NCBI GenBank assembly: GCA_964495695.1
Contig: CAZBWR010000001.1
Location: 77,909 to 141,908 of the forward strand
Direction of reading: 5' to 3'
Length of the DNA stretch: 64,000 nucleotides
Source of the DNA: an uncultured Chitinophagales bacterium
Lineage (GTDB): Bacteria > Bacteroidota > Ignavibacteria > UBA10030 > UBA6906
Under the pieces are notes generated by a model, which searched no databases, had not been told where the DNA came from, and worked only from the letters and a program-made list of their open reading frames with translations. This document shows, piece by piece, positions 48,031 to 54,429 of the stretch. Positions within the stretch are counted from its first letter, which is position 1, and each line of letters opens with the position of its first letter. The position numbers were made by a program, and so were the translations under genes.

Positions 48031-49665
48031 TCATCGACTGCCCACAGTCTGCTTTGATCCCGGAATCCCTGCGCCGGGAATGTTGAGTCGCATCTTGTAT
48101 AGACTGCTGCGGGCGCAGAGATACAGTGTTTTGCCGTCCTCATCTCCCCACGCCATGTTATGAATATGCTTCGGAGCCTTGATTGTCCCCAGATGCTTTC
48201 CATCCGAAGAGACTATCCACAAACCTCCGGGACCTGATATGTACACATTACCGGCTTGATCTACTTTGATGCCGTCAATCGCATCTTCTCCCTTTGCCAG
48301 CGTCAAATCGTGAAAGACCTTGCCGTTGATCAGCCTGCCATCAGGCGTTACCTCGTAGCGCATAACAATTTTCTTCTGCTCATCCCAATTTCCCACATAC
48401 AGATATTTTTCGTCCGGAGAGAAAGCTATACCATTCGGACCGGTAAACTCTGTGGTGAGCAAGCGCAGCTTGTTCTTGTGGATGGAATACACACCGCTAA
48501 AGGCAAGCTCTTTCCTCGGATCGTTGAAGAACTTCGGCAACCCGAACGGCGGATCCGTAAAGAACAACGTACCGTCAGAACGGTAGACAAGGTCATTGGG
48601 ACTGTTTAGCCTCTTGCCATTGTATTTGGCGGCAAGGACCGTTTCACTTCCATCCTGTTCAATCCTGACAACCCGGTGATTGCCATGCTGGTTTATCGTG
48701 ATGCGACCAAGGGGGTCGAGGGTTATCCCGTTAGAACCCGGTTGTCCATACTCCGCAACGTCGGGGCCGGAGTAGCCACTTTGTGTCCGAAAAATCGAGA
48801 GCGTAGCATTCTGATCATATTTCCAGATGATGTTGCTGTTAGGATCGCTGAACAGGAGGTATTTTCCTTCGTTTACCCAAACAGGGCCCTCGGTAAACCG
48901 GAAGCCATCGGCGAGCTTGTAGATTTTCGGATTAAGCGGAACGATAGAGTTGATTGCAGGATGAACACGTTCGACCTCCACGTTAACCTCTGACGGCGTT
49001 ACGGCAAGCGGAGCATATGACCCCGCGTAGAGATCCACCTTTGCGTACCGCAGATAGATGTAGTTTGCAGGAGGGTTCGAAAGGGGCCCGTTTATACCGA
49101 ACACTGCGAGCTGAATCTTCTGGCCCGGCTGCACATTGCGGCCAATGACAAGCCGATTGACTCCGTTCCATCCGGCAACAACTGACCCGCCGGATTGTGC
49201 CGCCGACCGGCTGAGCTCACCATCAACCCAAACCTCCGCATAATCATCAACTGATGTTTCGAAGACGAGAGTAGAGCCGGCGGCGTGGAAGTCGCCAACT
49301 CTGTCCGGCACCGTCAGCTGTATCCGATACCAATTGAAGCCGAGCCGCCCATTGCCACGGCGTTTTGACAGCGATCGGGGATCGATCATTTCCCAGCCCG
49401 AGTCATCAAACCCGGCTCCACCGGCATGCGGTGTGAAATCATACGTCTGCACTGGCGTAGATCCCGGCTGCCCATCAGAACCGGCTGCATAAAAATCCGT
49501 TTCAATGATCTTCGTATCACTGTAACGCCAGAGCCCCCAGACGAGCGCAACCCCTTCGGGTGTTGCAAGATCAATGGTCGCGTCGGGTTTCCCCGAGGGG
49601 ACACTTGGTTGACTGAACGAGGTCGTTACGACACACAGCGACAATAATATGATAAGTGTTTTCAT
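48031..49665 (-). CDS. Exported two-domain protein: galactose-binding-like N-domain + SMP-30/gluconolactonase beta-propeller
   Basis: Start trimmed to the ATG at 49665 (signal peptide MKTLIILLSLCVVTTSFSQ). The N-terminal ~230-aa jelly-roll-like region contains FNWYRIQL...VWVDGE. The C-terminal half has TEGPVW, SNGITLDPLGRITINQHGNHRVVRIE, NSPNDLVY and GPNGIAFSPDE. Confidence 0.8.
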   Translation of the reverse strand: MKTLIILLSLCVVTTSFSQPSVPSGKPDATIDLATPEGVALVWGLWRYSDTKIIETDFYAAGSDGQPGSTPVQTYDFTPHAGGAGFDDSGWEMIDPRSLSKRRGNGRLGFNWYRIQLTVPDRVGDFHAAGSTLVFETSVDDYAEVWVDGELSRSAAQSGGSVVAGWNGVNRLVIGRNVQPGQKIQLAVFGINGPLSNPPANYIYLRYAKVDLYAGSYAPLAVTPSEVNVEVERVHPAINSIVPLNPKIYKLADGFRFTEGPVWVNEGKYLLFSDPNSNIIWKYDQNATLSIFRTQSGYSGPDVAEYGQPGSNGITLDPLGRITINQHGNHRVVRIEQDGSETVLAAKYNGKRLNSPNDLVYRSDGTLFFTDPPFGLPKFFNDPRKELAFSGVYSIHKNKLRLLTTEFTGPNGIAFSPDEKYLYVGNWDEQKKIVMRYEVTPDGRLINGKVFHDLTLAKGEDAIDGIKVDQAGNVYISGPGGLWIVSSDGKHLGTIKAPKHIHNMAWGDEDGKTLYLCARSSLYKMRLNIPGAGIPGSKQTVGSR

Positions 49666-49676
49666 CGGAGCATCTC

Positions 49677-50549
49677 TTATCGTGACTTGACGACATAATA
49701 CGTGAAGTGACCGGGAACCTCCTTGAACCAATGCGGCGTACCTGCAGGAACGATAATCACATCCCCCTTCCGGAGTGTGCGTGCTTCACCGCCCAGAATT
49801 GCCTTCCCTCGAATTTCATCGCTTGCGTTGGACTTTGGCTCGACCATTGTTCCACCTGTTACAAACGTGGCCGTTCCTTCCTGAACGTAGATGATATCCG
49901 TGTCTTTTTGATGGATCTCGGCAAGTCCCGGAGCGTCGCGGCGGCTTGTATGCACCATGAACTTGTCGCTTTCCGTAAAGAGCTGGGCCCCATTCCTGAA
50001 CGATTCTGCAACCTTGTTGCTTTCGTAATACCTGACCTGCTCGGGCATCCCGGATTTGACGGCCTCTCCCTTCGCTTTTTCAACTGCTCGGGCACCCGCA
50101 AAGGCCAACTCTTCATCCTGTGCAGCACTCGCGGCACCGCTGACGCCAATGCCTCCAACAACCTGTCCATCAACAACAATCGGAACGCCTCCTTGCAGTG
50201 GAGTGAAATCACTTAGCGCGACCATCGGCGTCCTTCCCCCGCGGATAACATCCTCAAAAAACTTGGTGGGCTTCTTGAACATGACCGCCGTCCTTGCTTT
50301 ACCGATGGAGATGTTGGCCCCTGCGGCAAAAGTCCCGTCGAGGCGCTCGACAGCAATGAGGTTCCCTCCTTCATCTACAACAGCGATGGCGCCTCCCGGA
50401 GCATTCAACCGTCCAGCCTCGGTAACCGCACCGGCGATTGCTTGCCTCGCGCCGTCGAGCGTGAGCCCTTTTCTCTCCATTGTTTGTGCTCCGGCAAATG
50501 CCGGAAACAATGCTACGATTGTGAGCATGACATTAACAACAGTTTTCAT
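49677..50549 (-). CDS. Exported GlcG/HbpS-like (DUF336, haem-binding) domain fused to a cupin domain
   Basis: Start trimmed to the ATG at 50549 (signal peptide MKTVVNVMLTIVALFPAFAGAQ). GlcG core is GGAIAVVDEGGNLIAVERLDG...GGVPIVVDGQVVGGIGVSGA. C-terminal cupin is EIHQKDTDIIYVQEGTATFVTGG...GDVIIVPAGTPHWF. Confidence 0.75.
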   Translation of the reverse strand: MKTVVNVMLTIVALFPAFAGAQTMERKGLTLDGARQAIAGAVTEAGRLNAPGGAIAVVDEGGNLIAVERLDGTFAAGANISIGKARTAVMFKKPTKFFEDVIRGGRTPMVALSDFTPLQGGVPIVVDGQVVGGIGVSGAASAAQDEELAFAGARAVEKAKGEAVKSGMPEQVRYYESNKVAESFRNGAQLFTESDKFMVHTSRRDAPGLAEIHQKDTDIIYVQEGTATFVTGGTMVEPKSNASDEIRGKAILGGEARTLRKGDVIIVPAGTPHWFKEVPGHFTYYVVKSR

Positions 50550-50557
50550 AGGATCCT

Positions 50558-51352
50558 CTACAGTTGATGGTTGATTGAGATGTTGGCACCGCAATGGATG
50601 CACCTCTTGTCGTTGTCATGATGCAGCTTTGCACAGCGGATTGATGCATGTGATCTCGTCCGCACATACAGTTCGGCGGCTGCGCTCATCGCCAGCAGTG
50701 GCGCGGCAAAATAGATCCAGACGGCGTCCCAACGCATTGCGAAGAGCGCGGATGCAACAGTCCGGGCGGGATTCATACTCATGCCGGAGAAGGGAGCCTC
50801 CAGGGTGATGTACAGGGCAATCAATATGCCTGCAAAGACCCCCGTATAGCGGGCAAGCCGTGCAGTATTGGTTACATGCAGAATCATCGTCATCATCACA
50901 AAGGCGATGAAAAACTCTCCCGCAAATGCGGGTGCGACACCGGCCCATGGAAGGGTCGCAACATAATTGACAGACGGATGTTCCAACCAATCCCTGAGGA
51001 AGAGTCCCGCCACAAGTACACCGGCAGCACCCCCCGTGAATTGCGCGACTATGTAAAAGACGGCGTCCCACGCCCGGATCTTTCCGAGGCGATAGAAAGT
51101 GAACGTCACGGCGGGATTGATATGCGCTCCTGATTGCTTTCCCCATGGCGAAAAGAAGAGCCCGATTGCGGTTAGCCCCATGGCTGTACCGGCCAGCGCC
51201 CTTCGCACAAACGGATCACCGACAGCCTGATATGCCGGAGATGCAGGATGGTCGAGCACCACACCAAACACCGATGCAGAAACCATGAAGAGGCCGAGTA
51301 GAGCAGCCTCAAAAACGTATTCCTGCCAATGTGCCCGGAGCGCCGCTGTCAC
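50558..51352 (-). CDS. MIP/aquaporin family channel with Cys/His-rich C-terminal tail
   Basis: Two NPA boxes (HINPAVT, SMNPART) and six hydrophobic helices. GTG start. The tail reads RCAKLHHDNDKRCIHCG. Confidence 0.9.
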   Translation of the reverse strand: MTAALRAHWQEYVFEAALLGLFMVSASVFGVVLDHPASPAYQAVGDPFVRRALAGTAMGLTAIGLFFSPWGKQSGAHINPAVTFTFYRLGKIRAWDAVFYIVAQFTGGAAGVLVAGLFLRDWLEHPSVNYVATLPWAGVAPAFAGEFFIAFVMMTMILHVTNTARLARYTGVFAGILIALYITLEAPFSGMSMNPARTVASALFAMRWDAVWIYFAAPLLAMSAAAELYVRTRSHASIRCAKLHHDNDKRCIHCGANISINHQL

Positions 51353-51495
51353 GCCATCTCCACTTCAAGGGCGGCTTCTTCTTCCTCATCCTTGAGAAAG
51401 GCCGAATAGGCGCTCCGCAAATCCTCAAGAGTCAGATCGTCTCCAATGTACTCGTCTGCAAGAGCAGACAGCAGTTCGGTTGTGGTTTCGTCCAT
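51349..51495 (-). CDS. Hypothetical very acidic 48-aa protein
   Basis: ATG at 51495 with GGAGGA 5 nt upstream. The stop overlaps the aquaporin GTG start (GTGA). Sequence: MDETTTELLSALADEYIGDDLTLEDLRSAYSAFLKDEEEEAALEVEMA. Confidence 0.45.
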   Translation of the reverse strand: MDETTTELLSALADEYIGDDLTLEDLRSAYSAFLKDEEEEAALEVEMA

Positions 51496-51523
51496 GATAT
51501 CCTCCGCGTAAAATGATGATGAA

Positions 51524-51745
51524 TTATCTGTTTCGCACTTCGTATTCCGGCCGCAAGTCTGGCGGTACAACATCACCGTCCATGGTGACTTCATAGCCGT
51601 GCAGCTCTGAGCGGTCGTCGGCCGTAGTGCCGATCAGGCCGGGAAACACTGATGGAGTCGGATCGATCTCAAATCCCTCGGCCGGAATTGGCTTCCCGAA
51701 AAAATCATCGAACAAGATATCTACTACTGTCATGGCGGTTCCCAT
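51524..51745 (-). CDS. Hypothetical acidic 73-aa protein
   Basis: Open frame with plausible codon usage and an in-frame stop immediately upstream of the ATG. No family was recognised, and ATG at 51733 is an alternative start. Confidence 0.35.
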   Translation of the reverse strand: MGTAMTVVDILFDDFFGKPIPAEGFEIDPTPSVFPGLIGTTADDRSELHGYEVTMDGDVVPPDLRPEYEVRNR

Positions 51746-52034
51746 AAATTGACTGGCATCTCACAATTGACGGGCACAAGATCGTCAGGCGAAATCACAA
51801 AACTGTCCTGCAGCCATAAAGGATTCAGATCCGGAAACATGAGCGAGAGCGAACCATCTTCATACGAATGCTGTTTGAATATTCGTGCGAAAAATGAAAT
51901 GTCCCGCATTAAGCGCGCGAACTCTGCCGTTATCGCATCGCAACCGTCAGTTGATAGTTCCGTGACTGTTTTAGGCCATTTTCCTTGTGGCCGGAGTCAG
52001 CCTGTATCCACAAGTGTCAATTAATGAGGACGCC

Positions 52035-53309
52035 ATGAAACGTGAAGCCCTGCTTGCCGCCTTTGATCAGGTTCGAGAAACGACCGGGCGCATTTGTGAT
52101 CCGCTCGAGACCGAGGATTATTGTATTCAATCGATTCCGGACGTGAGTCCGCCCAAATGGCACCTCGCGCACACGACATGGTTTTTCGAGCAGGTGATTC
52201 TCTCACGGTTCTCCAAACCATACAAGCCATACAACGAGAAATACTATTATCTCTTCAATTCTTATTATCAAAGCTTCGGCGAGCGGTGGCAGCGTGATAT
52301 ACGCGGCACGCTCTCGCGCCCGACAGTCAAAGACGTATACGCCTACCGTTCTGCGATCGATCAACGGGTACGAGAGTTCATTCAATCGGTGGATGAGGAG
52401 ACATACAGATCCGTTGCTCCTCTGATAGAGCTCGGATTGCATCACGAGCAACAACATGAGGAACTACTCGTGACAGACATAAAGCACATCCTTGCGTCAA
52501 ATCCGTTGCAACCCTCGTACCGGCAGAACGGCCCGACACATTCCATCGTCAAAGCGTCCCCTCCAACATTCATTGACATCGAGGGAGGCATCCATGAGGT
52601 GGGCGCAAAAGGAGAAGGTTTTGCATGGGACAATGAACTCCCGAGGCACAAGACTTATCTGAACGATTTCAGGCTAATGAACAGACTCGTCACTTGCGGT
52701 GAATATCTCGAGTTCATTAATGATGGGGGGTATGCCAACCCATTACTCTGGCTCTCGGACGCATGGGAACTCCTCACGCGAGAACGCTGGGAGGCGCCGC
52801 TTTACTGGATGAAGAGCGATGACGAATGGATTCTCATGACATTGACCGGACTCCGACCCCTCAATCCCGCCGAGCCTGTTGCCCACGTGAGCTACTACGA
52901 GGCGGCAGCCTATGCACGCTGGGCAAATAAGCGTCTCCCAACGGAAACTGAATGGGAGAAGGGAGCGTCCCTCGTTCCAACATCCCCGTCATGTGGCAAC
53001 TTCCTCGAAAGTGGACACTTCCACCCGGTCCCGCTTGGCGAAGCTCCGGGCGTGCAGCAGCAGGCGCCGTCACAGATGTTCGGTGACGTGTGGGAGTGGA
53101 CGGCAAGTGCGTATCTGCCATACCCGGGGTACAAACAGGAACGGGGTCCTCTCGGAGAATACAACGGTAAATTCATGATCAACCAGATGGTGCTGCGGGG
53201 AGGATCGTGCGCGACGCCCCGGAGTCACATCCGTCCGACCTACCGGAATTTCTTCCAGTGCGATAAGCGATGGCAGTTTACAGGTTTCCGGCTGGCAGAG
53301 GACCACTAG
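52035..53309 (+). CDS. egtB: Ergothioneine biosynthesis sulfoxide synthase EgtB (DinB_2 + FGE-sulfatase domains)
   Basis: Start trimmed to the ATG at 52035 (GAGGA upstream). PPKWHLAHTTWFFE and HHEQQHEELL (DinB iron site), then a C-terminal FGE-type domain (RLPTETEWE, VLRGGSCATP). Confidence 0.85.
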   Translation: MKREALLAAFDQVRETTGRICDPLETEDYCIQSIPDVSPPKWHLAHTTWFFEQVILSRFSKPYKPYNEKYYYLFNSYYQSFGERWQRDIRGTLSRPTVKDVYAYRSAIDQRVREFIQSVDEETYRSVAPLIELGLHHEQQHEELLVTDIKHILASNPLQPSYRQNGPTHSIVKASPPTFIDIEGGIHEVGAKGEGFAWDNELPRHKTYLNDFRLMNRLVTCGEYLEFINDGGYANPLLWLSDAWELLTRERWEAPLYWMKSDDEWILMTLTGLRPLNPAEPVAHVSYYEAAAYARWANKRLPTETEWEKGASLVPTSPSCGNFLESGHFHPVPLGEAPGVQQQAPSQMFGDVWEWTASAYLPYPGYKQERGPLGEYNGKFMINQMVLRGGSCATPRSHIRPTYRNFFQCDKRWQFTGFRLAEDH

Positions 53310-53351
53310 CATGACCGCGATGAAATGATCCAGAACAACCAGGAGAAGGGC

Positions 53352-54410
53352 ATGAAACAAGATTACAGAATCTTGCAGGAAAGGGATTTCGCAGACTCGT
53401 TTACCCAGAGTGACCAATTTGCGCTGGATGTGCTTGTCGGACTGACCTCGCCGAGGAAATCCCTGCCGTCTAAATATTTCTACGACGATGCCGGCAGTGA
53501 GCTGTTCAACAAGATCACGGAACTTCCCGAATATTATCCGACCGGATGTGAGCTGGAGATCATCAGACGTCACCACCGTGATATTGCCCGCTATGTGGAT
53601 TATGATCAGCCTTTCAATCTGGTTGAACTCGGGGCGGGATTCAGCGAAAAGACCCTGACGCTGCTGAAGCGATTCACGGATATGGATCTCGATTTCCAAT
53701 ATGTGCCCATTGACATCTCCGAAGGGGCAATGAAGGGATTGGTGACCTCCATTCGGGAACATCTGCCGGATCTCAAGATCAACGGACTTGTTACTGACTA
53801 CTTCAACGGACTGAAATGGTTGAACAATCGCAGCAAGCGCAAAAACCTTGTCCTCTTTCTGGGTTCGTCCGTTGGAAACTTTACCCGCCCCGAGAACACT
53901 CTGTTATTCAGAAATCTCTGGAACTCTCTCAATCATGATGATGTCATTCTCATCGGCTTCGACCTAAAGAAGGACATCGACATGTTGATCAGGGCGTACA
54001 ACGATTCACAAGGCGTAACAAGCGAGTTCAATCTCAATCTGCTCCGCCGTATCAACCGGGAACTCGGGGGAAACTTCGACGTCTCAAAATTCCGACACTT
54101 CGGCACGTACGATGTTTTTACGGGCGCAATGGAAAGCTATCTGGTCAGTCTCGAAAAGCAGTCAGTGTTTATCGAGAAGATCGGCCGCTGGTTCACCTTT
54201 GAGGCGTGGGAACCGATTCATACCGAGTATTCTTACAAGTACCTCATTCCGGACATCGAGCAGCTTGCGGCGGAGACAGGGTTTGAAATCTATGAGCACT
54301 TGTTCGACTCGAAGCACTATTTTACTGATTCAATCTGGCGGGTGTACAAACCGGGATCATTGCTGCAAAAGTCAAGGACGACAAAACGACAAGCAACAGT
54401 TCAGCCCTAA
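53352..54410 (+). CDS. egtD: L-histidine N-alpha-methyltransferase EgtD
   Basis: KSLPSKYFYDDAGSELFNKITELPEYYPTGCE, ELGAGFSEKT and FLGSSVGNF motifs. ATG at 53352 has GGAGAAGG upstream. The track start at 53325 is the alternative. Confidence 0.85.
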   Translation: MKQDYRILQERDFADSFTQSDQFALDVLVGLTSPRKSLPSKYFYDDAGSELFNKITELPEYYPTGCELEIIRRHHRDIARYVDYDQPFNLVELGAGFSEKTLTLLKRFTDMDLDFQYVPIDISEGAMKGLVTSIREHLPDLKINGLVTDYFNGLKWLNNRSKRKNLVLFLGSSVGNFTRPENTLLFRNLWNSLNHDDVILIGFDLKKDIDMLIRAYNDSQGVTSEFNLNLLRRINRELGGNFDVSKFRHFGTYDVFTGAMESYLVSLEKQSVFIEKIGRWFTFEAWEPIHTEYSYKYLIPDIEQLAAETGFEIYEHLFDSKHYFTDSIWRVYKPGSLLQKSRTTKRQATVQP

Positions 54411-54429
54411 GGCATCGAGCGCAGCCAGG

